A DNA stretch of 64,000 nt from Chiloscyllium plagiosum (lineage: Eukaryota), in contig NC_057728.1 of the NCBI RefSeq assembly GCF_004010195.1, positions 53,662,990 to 53,726,989 on the forward strand, written 5' to 3'. Position numbers and translations under genes: made by a program. Positions 25,980 through 38,749 of the stretch are shown here, in pieces (position 1 is the first letter of the stretch; each line of letters opens with the position of its first letter). A model generated the notes under the pieces. That model saw nothing but the letters and a program-made list of their open reading frames with translations, was not told the origin of the DNA and ran no database searches.

Positions 25980-26225
25980 GTCAGTGCTAAACCTAATAGA
26001 TCCACCAGATTCTGTATAGATTACAGAAAAGTCAATGTTGACACCTACCCAATTCCTTGTTTGGAAGACAATATTAATATCTGATAGTGCCAGATTTTTT
26101 TATTAAAATAGATTTGTTAAAGGGATACTGGCAAGTTCCTTTTGATACCCAGAGCTAAAGGAATATAGGCCACTGTCACACCACATTTTTTTTACCCAAT
26201 GCCGAATGATGCCATTTGGGCATAA
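25980..26225 (+). mobile_element. Ty3/Gypsy LTR-retrotransposon RT fragment
   Basis: Manual translation across frameshifts gives RFCIDYRKVN, TYPIPCLED, KIDLLKGYWQVP and MMPFG, which are typical Gypsy RT motifs. Confidence 0.8.
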
Positions 26226-26874
26226 AATGTTTGTAGTAAGATCCCCCATAGGAAGTTGGTTAGCAATGTTAAAGCACATGGGATAGGAGGTAATGTGCTG
26301 GCATAGATTGAGGATTAGCAACCACACAGAAAACAGTGGGAATAAATGGGTCATTCTTGTGTTGACAGGCTGTGACAGGTATAAGGGATCAAGGGATTTT
26401 GTGCCAGGACAGTCAAATTTAAGGTGAAGTAAAGACCAACTATGATTGATAAACTGACATGACAGGCTTGAGGGGCTGAGTGGCCTCCTGTTTCATGCTG
26501 GCAGTCTGTTGAATTGCTATAATTGGATTAGCCATCAATGTTGGAATTGCTTAATGTGTCATCACATATGAAAGAAGATTAACATGAAAGTATTGCTAGT
26601 TGTATATAATGTCTTTCACATCTTGAAGATGTGAAAAATGTGAAAGACATCCCAAAACACTTATAACCAATTAATTACTTTTAGTGTACTGTCGTGGCTT
26701 GTTATGTAGGTAAACAGAGCACCAGAAATAAGATATACGACCAGATGGTGGCAGTGTAGGATAAATATTGACTACAACATTTTTCCAGCTCTTGAATACT
26801 GCCAGATTTTGTTTTGTGTTCAGGTGGACAGACCTCTGGCTAACATCTACCTAAAAGCTGTCCTTCTGAGACCA

Positions 26875-28260
26875 AATTAAAAATCAGACAACACCAGATT
26901 ATAGTCCAACAGGTTTATTTGGAAGCACTAGCTTTCGGAGCACTGCTCCTTCATCAGGTAGCTTTGGAAAAGGATCATAAAACACAGACTTTACACTAAA
27001 AGATTATAGTGTCCTGCAACTGAAATGATTTATTGAACACACCTCGATTGCTGTTAAGTCTTTCATGTTTTAGAATGGGTTGCAGGTTTCGGTTCATTAA
27101 TATGTAAATCCCATAACTTCTTTTAAATAACATTCTTGAGATAACTTATGGTTTTATTTTAAAAAGTGCCATCTCAACTCAGACAATACATTAAAGGTGT
27201 GAGGTTAGAGTCTGTCTTGTATCCCAATCTTGAGTGAGACTGGTTCTATTTCCAAAGTAGGAATTTATAAAATATTAGATGATTGACTGCCTGCAGATTG
27301 TGCAATTTTTGAGTAAAGTAGAATGTATCTGCAAATATAATTCTGCAAATGCTAATTCACCCCATAGACGTGTGTGTGTGTCCATGAGAGAGAGAGAGAG
27401 AGAGAGTGCGCGTGAGAGAGTGTGTGCAATGGGTTGCAGGTTTCGGTTCATTAACATGCAAATCTCAGAACTTCTTTTAAGTCACATTCTTGAGATAACT
27501 TAAGGTTTTATTTAAAAACGTGACATCTCAGCTCAGACAATGCATTAAAGGTGTGAGGTTAGAGTCTGTCTGTATTCCAATCTTGAGTCAAACTGGTTCT
27601 ATTTCCAAAGTAGGAATTTATAAAATATTAGATGGATTGACTGTCTGCAGGTTGTGCACTTTTTGAGTAAAATAGAATGTATCTGCAAATATAGATTACT
27701 TACAGTGTGGAAACAGGCCCTTCGGCCCAACAAGTCCACACCGACCCGCCAAAGCGCAACCCACCCATACCCCTACCCCTACATTTACCCCTTTAACCTA
27801 ACACTACGGGCAATTTAGCATGGCCAATTCACCTGACCCGCACATCTTTGTAACTGTGGGAGGAAACCAGAGCACCCGGAGGAAACCCACGCAGACACGG
27901 GGAGAATGTGCAAACTCCACACAGTCAGTCGCCTGAGTCGGGAATTGAACCCGGGTCTCTGGCGCTGTGAGGCAGCAGTACTAACCACTGTGCCGCCCGC
28001 TAATTCACCCCATAGATGTGTGTGCGTGCGTGTGTGTCCATGTGAGAGAGTGTGTGCAATGGGTTGCAGGTTTCGGTTCATTAACATGCAAATCTTAGAA
28101 CTTCTTTTAAGTCCCATTCTTGAGATAACTTAAGGTTTTAATGCAAATTCACCGCATAGACTTGTGTGTGTGTGCGTCCATGAGTGAGAGTGTGTGAGTG
28201 CACGTGAGAGAGCAAGTGTATATGTTTGGTAAACTGTGTATGAGTGTGATGGAGTATATG
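26875..28260 (-). mobile_element. Penelope-like 3' end/pLTR with internal ~354-bp tandem repeats and a 12-bp target duplication
   Basis: Similar to 33700-34200 in reverse; hammerhead core at about 26926-26959; gggttgcaggtttcggttcattaa recurs at about 27077, 27431 and 28061; flanks cttctgagacca at 26863-26874 and 28261-28272. Confidence 0.75.
27694..27998 (-). mobile_element. Young HE1-like V-SINE nested in the pLTR repeats
   Basis: Reverse complement of ggcggcacagtggttag...cccgggttcaattccc...tgtgtggagtttgcacattctccccgtg; CpGs are largely preserved. Confidence 0.9.
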
Positions 28261-30894
28261 CTTCTGAGACCAGCACTGATACAGAATTTCATGGATTTCT
28301 CAGCCAAATATAAATGTTCAAAAACTGGAGTGGATCTTGACCTGACAATAAAAATGAAAACAGAAAGAACAGTGGATGCTGGAAATCAGAAACAAAACAG
28401 AAATTGCTGGCAAAGCAGCACCTGTGAAGAGAAATCAGCGTTCACATTTAGGGTCCAGTGACCTTTCTTTAGAACTCAGAAATAAAAATGAAAACTGTGA
28501 ATGCTGGAAATCTGAAATTAAGACAGTGCTAAAGAAACGCAGCAAGTCTGGCAGCATCTGTGATGAGAGAAACAGTTAACATTTTGAGTCTGATGTGACT
28601 CCACTTCTGTATTTACCCTGCAATCAATTGAGTTGAAGATCAGAATGCTGCTAACTGAGCCAAGGCTGTTGTTATGACACACTGTTCATTTGTATCAAAG
28701 GGAAATTTCGGCATTTGTGAAATGGCAACAATCCTTATCCTTTAAAATTCTAAGCAAAAGGGTCATGATAGCTCAGAATTTAATAGGAGTCTAATTCTTC
28801 CAACTTGAGGCATGTTATTCAGAAAGAAATTTATACCGATTATCACCTTGATTGTATGTGTATGTCAACAGTGAGAGCAAGTTGATCAAACCTAAAGGGC
28901 ATTTGATCGTTGTAACGTGAATTTTAGCATTAATGTACTCTCAGGTTATAGTCTACCATGTGACTCTACCCAGCTTGTTGCCTGACTTGAAGTGGAGAAT
29001 ACATCAAAATTCAGATCCCAAGATTCAGAGTAAAACTTAAAAAGGGAACTTTATAGGAAATATATTGAATATTGTGATGGGTTTAGTTTGGTAGTATCTG
29101 CAGCTGATTCGGGTATTCAAAGGTAACTGAAATCGCTTAGAAATTGTTACCTTTATGTTTATTGATCTATATTTCACCTGATACTTGAGTTACTTATTGG
29201 TTCAAATAAGCAACAATTGATTTTGCTCTCAGTATAAGCAACTGAACCACTCTCAGACTTCATTTCCTTCTCTTCCTGTCCAGAGTGTTAGCCAAATCTC
29301 TGAAGCAACCAGGTAGCAACTAATCAAAACCAATGTTCCTAAGACCATCTAGGTTTGAATTTGATATGTATTTGGTTTATTCTCTGAATAGAGATGCAGT
29401 TAATCTATGCAATAAAAGTAATTGTACCTACACATTTAATGTACTTTACCTGAAATATTTTTACTAGGCACTAGGTGGAACTCCAACTCATTGAATATGT
29501 TCTTTGCTGAGAGGAGAAAAATTTTATTTTGCTGCCAGTCAGCAAATGAATGCTTGCAGCAGAATTTTTAATATTTGCATTCACATCTGTGTTTACTTTC
29601 CATTCTTCCTTCTCCCACTTTTTGTCAGTTTTTCACAGCACCAAGACATGCTGGTTGAATTCACATGAATTGTGGCTATGATATTGTCCCTGCTTTGTTT
29701 CAGTCTCTACAGAGCATATTGAAGGGTGAACTATCCCTCTTGATGTCCAGCTAAGTGGTGTACAGTTTGACTCCTTCAGTGGCAATCAATGAAGTTTGCC
29801 TGCTACCCTTAGTGTTTTGTTTCCATTCCCCATTTGTTGTTAACACCCGCCATTCTATTTGTGCCTCGATCTGCCTATCTGTCTCTCCCTCTGCCTCTGC
29901 TGTCAGTGTTTCTCGGTTTATCTCCCCCCCACACCGCTATATCTGTCTGCCTTGCTCTCTGTCTTGGTTCCCTTAACTCTCATGAGCACATTCTAATTGC
30001 CCTTAATTATTCTTCCATTATTTAATATTTAAGTGTTCAGAAAAATGTAACACCCATACACCAGAGTTGAACTATTTGGACCATTTTCTGTGCTAACTGT
30101 TTGTATGTGCAAATACAAGTGGCTGACATTGGATGGGACATGCTATAGAACTTACTGAATTACTAACCATGGCCACAGATTCCTTGGAACAGATAATTAC
30201 TGAAGAGCACTTTTCTGTCAATAATAAAACAGAACTATCAGAATACAATTTTGTTAAATTGAAACCTATAGGGCACAAATGTTCCCTGACCAAGGTGAAC
30301 AAATGATAACATGTGAATCAAAAATTAAAAGCACCATTAGTTTAAAAATTAAACTTTCTGTCTGTCATGCAATTTTGTGGAATTATATACTGTTATAGGC
30401 TGCATTGATCTACTGATCTGTACATACAAAGTGGTAAAAACATATTTTTCTTTAGAGTGCATGTACCAGGCTTATTAGAATTTTTTTTCCCTGTGCATAA
30501 TTGTTGTGAAAGACAAGTATGTCACAGGTCTAATTGGCTGCCATTTTTGTGATCTGTATTATTCAACACCTGTGATATTTTAAATCCTGTGCTTTAAACC
30601 ATTTTTGTATTTAATATCTACCAAGACTATTTGGGAACCGTAGGTCTTTGAAGTGATTTGTTTTTCATGCAAGTATTCACAGGCAGCTGCACAATATAAT
30701 ATAATCTCTTCCAGGTTCTTTCTAATTTGAAAATGTGAATTGTGTATTATCTTCAAGCAATGTAATCTATCAGGTGCAAAGCTGTTGAAAATAGCTTCCT
30801 GTTTTAAGCCCTCAGAAGTTGTCTTGTGGTTAGTTTTCTACTGTGCAAATTGCTGAAATGTTTTTACTTCTGATCAGTAGCAGGTTTATGATTA

Positions 30895-32565
30895 ATCATG
30901 GTCTAAGTCTGTGAGAGGATGCATGTGTGAGTGTGGGAGTGTGTGTGTCTGTAAAGGTGTGTGTGCGTGTCTGTGTGTATGTGTGTGAGTGTGTGTGTGT
31001 CTCTTAGGAGTGTCTGTGCGTGTGCATAGTGCAATGGTACTCACCTGTCGTGTGACATCAACACAAGGTCCTGGTTGATGCCCTCCCTATGGGTACAGAA
31101 CTTAGCTATCAACCTCAGCTCAGCCACTTTTCGCTATTGCCCTGTCCGAAGTCCACCTTGGAGGATGGTCACCCGAAGGTCCGTGGTCGAGTGTCGTGAC
31201 TGTTGATTGTTGTGTGGTGCCCATTCATCCATTGCCGTAGCCTTTGCTCGGTTTCCCCAATATACCATGCCTCAGGGCATCCTTGCCTGCAATGTATAAA
31301 ATAGACAATGTTGGCTGAGTCACATGAGTACCTGCCACGTACATGGTGGGAGGTGTGCCCACGTGTAATGGTGGTATCCATGGCCACACTCTGACACGTC
31401 TTGCAGCGCCTACCATGACATGGTTGTATGGGGTTGTCCTGAAAGCCGGACAGCTTGCTGCGAACAATGATCTGTTTGAGGTTTGGCGGTTGTTTAAAGG
31501 CAAGCAGTAGAGGTGTGGGGAAGGTCTTGGCGAGGTGCTCATCCTCATTGATAATGTGTTGCAGGGCATGAAGAACATGGCGTAGTTTTTCAGCTCCTGA
31601 GAAGTATTGGAAAACGAAGGGTACCCTGTCGGTTGCAGCACATGTCTGTCTCCTGAGGAGGTCATTACGGTTCCTTGTTGTTGCACGTCAGAACTAGCGG
31701 TCGATGAGTTGAGCATCGTACCCCGTTCTTATGAGGGCATTCCAGTGTACTTCCAGGTGCCCGTCATGTTCCTCCTCATCTGAACAGCTCCAGTGTACGC
31801 GTAGGGCTTGGCTATAGGGGATGGCTGTTTTAATATGTTTTGGGTGGAAGCTGGAGAAGTGTAGCATTGTGAGGTTATCTGTGGGTTTGCGGTAGAATGT
31901 GGTGCTGAGGTGTCCATCCTTGATGGAAATGCATGTGTCCAAGAATGAAACAGAAAGTCGAGAGTAGTCCATGGTGAGTTTGATGGTGGGATGAAACTTG
32001 TTGATGTCACTGTGTAGTTTTATCAGTGACTCCTTGCCATGGGTCCAGAGGAAGAAAATGCTGTCAGTGTACCTGGTGTATAATGTTGGTTGGAGGCCCT
32101 GCATAGAGAAGAAGGCTTGTTCAGACCTGTGCATGAACATGTTGGCATATTGGGGTTCCATGTGTCTGGATGAAGAACTGGTTGTCAAAGGTGAAGACGT
32201 GATTGAGGATAAAGCGGATGAGTCGTAGGATGGTGTTTGGTGATTAGCAGTTGTTGGTGTTGAGTACTGAGGCTATTGCCACGATGCCATCGTTGTGGAG
32301 GATGCTGGTGTAGAGTGCTGAAACGTCCATTGTGACGAGGAATGTTCCCGGTTCGACTGGTCTGTGGGTGCTGAGTTTCTGTAAGAAATCCGTAGTGTCA
32401 CGACAGAAGCTGGGGATCCCTTGTACAATAGGTTTCGAGATGCCTTCAACATAGCCGGAGAGATTCGAACACAGGGTTCCATTGCCTGATACGATGGGAC
32501 GTCCTTGTGTGTGGGCTTTGTGTACCTTTGGAAGGCAGTAGAAGTCGCCTACACGAGAAGTACGT
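30895..32565 (-). mobile_element. Penelope-like (Neptune-type) element, RT plus GIY-YIG pseudogene
   Basis: PQYANMFM...RYTDSIFFLW...SFLDTCI...FYRKPTD...FHPKHIKTAIPYSQALR (PLE RT and thumb); NIVYFIHCRQGCPEAWYIGET (GIY-YIG). Confidence 0.9.
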
Positions 32566-32566
32566 G

Positions 32567-34203
32567 GAAGTACTCAGAGATGCCCTCATCAGAACGGGGT
32601 ACGATGCTCAACTCATCGACCGCTAGTTCTGACGTGCCACAACAAGGAACCATAATGACCTCCTCAGGAGACAGACACGTGCTGCAACCAACAGGGTACC
32701 TTTCATTGTCCAGTACTTCTCAGGAGCTGAAACACTACGCCATGTTCTTCGTGACCTGCAACACATTATCAATGAGAATGAGCACCTCGCCAAGACCTTC
32801 CCCACAACTCCACTGCTTGCCTTTAAACAACCGCCAAACTTCAAACAGATCATTGTTCGCAGCAAGCCGTCCGGCTTTCAGGACAACCCCATACAACCCT
32901 GTCATGGTAGGCGCTGCAAGATGTGTCAGAGTGTGGACATGGATACCACCATTACACGTGGGCACACCTCCCACCATGTACATGGCAGGTACTCTTGTGA
33001 CTCAGCCAATGTTGTCTATCTTATACATTGCAGGCAAGGATGCCCGGAGGCATGGTACATTGGGGAAACCGAGCAAAGGCTATGGCAATGGATGAATGGG
33101 CACCGCACAACAATCAATAGACAGGAGTGTTTCCTCCCAGTTGGGGAACACTTCAGCAGCCCAGGACATTTGATCTCGGACCTTCGGACGACCATACTCC
33201 AAAGCGGACTTTGGGACAGGCAGCAGCGAAAAGTGGCCGAGCAGAGGCTGATAGCTAAGTTCGGTACCCATAGGGAGGGCCTCAACTGGGACCATGGGTT
33301 GACATCACATCACATCACATACCATTGCACTATACACACACACAGACGCTCCTATACACTCACATGCACACGGACACACGTATACACAAACACTCACACA
33401 CACCTTTACAGACACACACTCCCACACTCACACATGCATCCTCTCACAGACTTAGACCATTCTACACACACGCACATACATATACACTCTCTCTCTCTCT
33501 CACAGACACTCACAACCCTCCATCACAGACACACGCACTCTCCTACAGACACACACATGCTCACACTCCCACATGCACCCCCTCGCAGACTTGGGACACT
33601 CTACATTCACATATATGCACTCTCTCACACACTCACAACCCCCCAACCCTGACAGACAGATACACATACACACACACACACATGCACGCATATACATAAA
33701 TGTTTGTGGGGTGAATTTGTACTTGCAGAGTTACATTGTACTTTGCTCAAAAACTGCATGAATTCATGTAAGACTCTGTTATCTCACTTTTTAGATTAGA
33801 ATCAGTATAAACATTATGGCATAGACTGAGAACACAGGGGCTAACACCTTCAACATATTGTCAAGCTAACACCAATTGTTACAGTTAACCTGAGAATGCA
33901 ACTTTTTTTAAAAAAAAATTGTGATTTACACATGAAAGAAGTGAAACTATCATGGTATTCGAACAGATGAAAGACTCAACAAACAATCAAGATAATTTTC
34001 AAGGTATAATTTCGGTTACATCACACTGTAAATGTTTGCTATAAATTCTGTGTCTTACAATTGTGTCCTCCACAACCACCTGATGAAGGAAGGGCCCTCC
34101 GAAAGCTAGTGTGCTTCCAATTAAACCTGTTGGACTATAACCTGGTGTTGTGTGATTTTTAACTTTGTACACCCTAGGCCAACACCAGCATCTCCAAATC
34201 ATG
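32567..34203 (+). mobile_element. Inverted Penelope-like copy: linker, GIY-YIG endonuclease, (CA)-rich tract and pLTR with hammerhead
   Basis: ORF 32921-33652: CDSANVVYLIHCRQGCPEAWYIGETEQRLWQWMNGH...VGEHF...AEQRLIAKFGT...GLN; CTGATGA at 34080 and GAAAGCTAGTG at 34101. Confidence 0.9.
33325..33700. repeat. Degenerate (CA)n low-complexity tract in the PLE 3' region
   Basis: Visible CA/CT repeats; a mirror TG-rich tract lies at about 30910-31030. Confidence 0.85.
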
Positions 34204-35563
34204 ATTTCCAGAAGATTTGAGTCAAAATGTAAAGGTGTCTTTTTACTTGGTGCTCTAAAATCCCGATTCGAATTATAGGATTATTTAGGTTTAGCTTTAT
34301 GCTTTTTCAGTTGAAACAGATTTTGTATCAATCCAGACTGTAAAAACATGGGAATGGGGAAAAATCTGGAAAAGACTGACTCCATCTGTTCTGACTAATT
34401 TGGGAAAATGCACCAGTTCTCAAGTCCCACTACTCCTGGGGTGACCACAGAAATTAATGATTTAATCAAAAACTTACAAAACTCCTGATTTACTTTTGGA
34501 ATCAAGTTAGCAGAAAACGCTACCCAAGTTCCTGTACTTAACAAGTGTTTATAGCAAGTAAGCAAATTCTACTCATGAGTACACTGTGACCTTTGAGTTT
34601 CTACTTATTAAAGCTCTGACCATCTTTTAACACCCCTTCACATATAGTCAGACAGACATAGACTAACAAAAAAAATTGTTTTATGCGTGGAGAGAAGAAA
34701 CATTGGAAAACACAGTTCAATAGCAGGAGTCCAAGGGCTTGATGAAATGTTACTTTTGACTTGCCAGGACTTTGTTTTTCAATCTCCCAGATTCTTTCAC
34801 TGCTTCACAGGAGGCGCAAAGCTATTGGTACACTAACTACAAAGCCTCTNNNNNNNNNNNNNNNNNNNNNNNNNNNNNNNNNNNNNNNNNNNNNNNNNNN
34901 NNNNNNNNNNNNNNNNNNNNNNNNNNNNNNNNNNNNNNNNNNNNNNNNNNNNNNNNNNNNNNNNNNNNNNNNNNNNNNNNNNNNNNNNNNNNNNNNNNNN
35001 NNNNNNNNNNNNNNNNNNNNNNNNNNNNNNNNNNNNNNNNNNNNNNNNNNNNNNNNNNNNNNNNNNNNNNNNNNNNNNNNNNNNNNNNNNNNNNNNNNNN
35101 NNNNNNNNNNNNNNNNNNNNNNNNNNNNNNNNNNNNNNNNNNNNNNNNNNNNNNNNNNNNNNNNNNNNNNNNNNNNNNNNNNNNNNNNNNNNNNNNNNNN
35201 NNNNNNNNNNNNNNNNNNNNNNNNNNNNNNNNNNNNNNNNNNNNNNNNNNNNNNNNNNNNNNNNNNNNNNNNNNNNNNNNNNNNNNNNNNNNNNNNNNNN
35301 NNNNNNNNNNNNNNNNNNNNNNNNNNNNNNNNNNNNNNNNNNNNNNNNNNNNNNNNNNNNNNNNNNNNNNNNNNNNNNNNNNNNNNNNNNNNNNNNNNNN
35401 NNNNNNNNNNNNNNNNNNNNNNNNNNNNNNNNNNNNNNNNNNNNNNNNNNNNNNNNNNNNNNNNNNNNNNNNNNNNNNNNNNNNNNNNNNNNNNNNNNNN
35501 NNNNNNNNNNNNNNNNNNNNNNNNNNNNNNNNNNNNNNNNNNNNNNNNNNNNNNNNNNNNNNN

Positions 35564-35765
35564 GGGCTTTTGCCCGAAACGTCGATTTTGCCTGTCCTCG
35601 GATGCTGCCTGAATTGCTGTGCTCTTCCAGCACCACTGATCCAGAATCTGGTTTCCAGCATCTGCAGTCATTGTTTTTACCAATTAAACCTGTTTGACTA
35701 TAACCTGGTGTTATGTGATTTTTAACTTTGTACACCCCAGTCCAACACCAGCATTTCCAAATCAT
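35564..35765 (+). mobile_element. Two abutting Penelope pLTR ends of different families, next to a gap
   Basis: gggcttttgcccgaaacgtcg...cattgtttttacc followed by caattaaacctgtt...ccaaatcatg. Confidence 0.75.
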
Positions 35766-36284
35766 GTGCGAGGTATGCACAGGAACATTGTCTCGCTGTT
35801 CTACGGTGTCTCAGTTTTACTTTGATGTGATTCTAAACCATGAAAAAGCAGTCTGCAAACAAAAAAGAGACAATTTGGGCTTCTGCCATAAGACTATTTG
35901 CTGGTTTTTATGTACACCTGAAAATGGTACATATACTGACACAGACCTGATCTCTCTGATGGCGCATCTACAATTAAATGCAAGCTTGTTTGTGAAACAC
36001 AAAGTCTGTAACCTAGTTACATTTATCTTTCTGACTAACCATACTATTTCAGAGATGAGGAGTCTAGTGCTGGCATATCTGTTCATCAATAAAAATAGCC
36101 AAATGTGCATTATCGTTTGTTGTCCCATTCCTTTGCTGTGTGTAAGTAATTTCTTACCACGATTCCCACCTTACAACAATAATGATATAAATGGAAGCTT
36201 TTCCTTTCCGTTAGGACAGTCCTAAGGTACTATTTCAAAGAAAATGGGATTCCTGCCTAACAATACCAAGAATATTATCTCATC

Positions 36285-36675
36285 ATGATTTGGAGATGCC
36301 GGTGTTGGACTGGGGTATACAAAGCTAAAAATCACACAACACCAAGTTATAGTCCAACAGGTTTAATTGGAAGCACGAGCTTTTGGAGTGCTGCTCCTTC
36401 ATCAGGTGGTTGTGGTGTATGAGATTGTAAGACAGAATTTATAGCAAAGGTTTATAGTGTGATGTAACTGAAACTCTATATTGAAAAAGACTTGGATTGT
36501 TTGTTAAGTCTCTCATCTGTTAGAATGACCATGTTGGTTTCAGTTCTTTCATATGTAAATTGCAAAACTTTATTAAAAAGTTACATTCTCAAGTGAACTT
36601 TAACAATGGGTGTCATGTTGCTTCCCTGTATGAGACTGTTTATGCCACAATAGTCCGACTGATTCTGTATCTTAC
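36285..36675 (-). mobile_element. Penelope pLTR with target duplication
   Basis: Matches 33850-34200 in reverse; hammerhead with mutated GAAA; flanks aatattatctca at 36271-36282 and 36676-36687. Confidence 0.75.
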
Positions 36676-38029
36676 AATATTATCTCACCATTTATCTAAT
36701 TATTATTGGAATCTCATTTCTTAAAGTAGCAATTGCACTCCCCTTAGTAAGGCATGATTACAGCCAAAAAGAAGCTTTAAATTATGTGATTTGGGGATGC
36801 AAAAGGCCTTTTTTAGCCATACTGGATCTTAGGTCTTTTTAGTTGTTGAATATATTTGGAAAATATTTGCATGCAGGTCAAACATGATCAAGCAAATTTT
36901 TTCAGTCAAGTAACATAGACAACACCAGTAGAAGAACCTAGCATGTTAAGCCCACCAACACAGTTGTGTCCACTCCACTAACTATAGAACAAAATGTTTT
37001 GCAAACAATGCAGGTGAAGGTATTTTTTTCACCAAAGTTTGTAAGTCTAGTCTGATTTTCAGGCAGAGTAAGCATCAGTGCAGCTTCTCAGTATTTAATC
37101 AGCAGTTGCAATTGATACTTTTGCCTTCAACATTAATCATTTTATCAATCAAAAATAGTTAGTCCCATGAGCAACAATGAGATGACCAGATAGCCAGCCA
37201 GCTCTCCCCACCTCTTCCAAAGACAGTTAAAAATGGACAGTACCTGCTGGCCTTGCCAGTGACATCCATATGTTATAACTTATTTTTTAAGACAAAAACT
37301 TTACAGTGGTGGTTGATAACATGGGGAAAGTCTCAGTCCCTTGTTTTAGAATATTACATCCACTTGAAAGGACAAGCTGTTTAAAGTCTTGTCTGAACAG
37401 TGGTACCTCCAACAGTGCAGCCTAGCCTCAGTACTGCATTGAAATGTTTCCTGGACTTTAAGCTATTACCTTTGGAGTGGGACTTGAGCCAAAAGGCTTC
37501 TGACTCAGGCAAGCACCACCATGAAGTCCTGACTGCATTCATTTGTTTAAAATACTACTTAGGATGGAAAGTGTTACGTGACATCCTAAGAATGTGAAAT
37601 ATTTAATTTTGTATTTTCATGTTAGTAGAGACAGTGATTAACAATTTATTTACAGAAATAAAGAAAATGCTCCTGAGCTGACATTATCCATAAACATGGA
37701 GTATAATTTAAACCACTGACTGTTATAATCATTGAATCCACCTGTTGGAGACGGGGTTGAGACATAGTTAGCATGGTTATTGCTAAAGGACACGTAGTGA
37801 ACATGTTACCCTTAAAGTATCAGTTTGGAATAAAGGAAAAAGGCTTCTTCTATAATGAACATCAGCAAAATAACCTGGAGCTCATGGTGTTGAATAATTT
37901 GGTGATTTCAACTGCAGAATTTAAGCTGAAATTGAAGGAGGCCAATAGGCTTTACATCAAGTATTTTTCAAATTATGTTACCCCGGTTTTAAAAAGTTGA
38001 ATTTCTGAAGTGTTTTTGTTCAGTGAATT

Positions 38030-38420
38030 CTGTGCCAAGGTGTCTGACTTGTCTCTGAGAAACACTTGTGTATCTGAATCAGAAGGTTAACAGCCTCAAG
38101 CATGATAAGTTATGTGGTCACATATCATACATGCTACTGTTAAGGGTACTTTATTTCTGAATAAGATATTAAACTGAGGCCCCTCCAGTGGTCATAAAAT
38201 ACCCATGGCACTGTATGCGGATGAGCAGGGAAATACTCCTGGGAGTCCCCACCACCATCCCCTCAAAAGCAAGTCAACATCTGTGTAGTAGTTCTCACGT
38301 CGCTGTTTGTGGAACCTTATCTCCTGCCACATTTGCCTATGTTACAATGTTTCAAATAACTGCATAATCAAACATGAAATAACTTGGGAGACAAAGAGGT
38401 GATGTAAAAATTCAGATCTG
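38030..38420 (+). mobile_element. Ancient Deu-domain SINE relic
   Basis: tctgaatcagaaggtt head; Deu-like aaaatacccatggcact...gagcagggaa..ctcctgg; ctgtttgtggaacctt. Confidence 0.5.
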
Positions 38421-38569
38421 TTCTGGCCATCTTTGCCTCCCTAAAAGTCTATGAAACTGTTTTCTAACTGTTGGCAGCCAATGAGGCCTGTCGGTGCTTT
38501 GTATAATGAGCATTTTCACCCTGAAAAAAACAAAGCTTCATCATTTCATTGTTTGTCACATCTACAGGG

Positions 38570-38677
38570 AAATACTTCTCTCTCACCCCTGCCCCCCCCC
38601 TTCTGAAGTTGAAATTAAAGATAAATACTTCTCTCTCATCCCTGCCCCCCCCCCTCTGAAGTTGAAATTAAAGATAA
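38570..38677. repeat. Tandem duplication, about 53-bp unit x2
   Basis: aaatacttctctctca.ccctgccccccccc.tctgaagttgaaattaaagat x2. Confidence 0.85.
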
Positions 38678-38749
38678 AGCACCCTTTTGTACTGCCCTTT
38701 CAGCTACCTAAACTGTGGTCCATCATTTTGCATTAACCAAAGGTTTTTT

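Noticed and set aside
33325..33761. His/Thr-rich ORFs
   Set aside because: These are translations of the (CA)n tract.
34761..35780. Long ORFs on both strands
   Set aside because: They are artefacts of translating through the N gap at 34850-35563.
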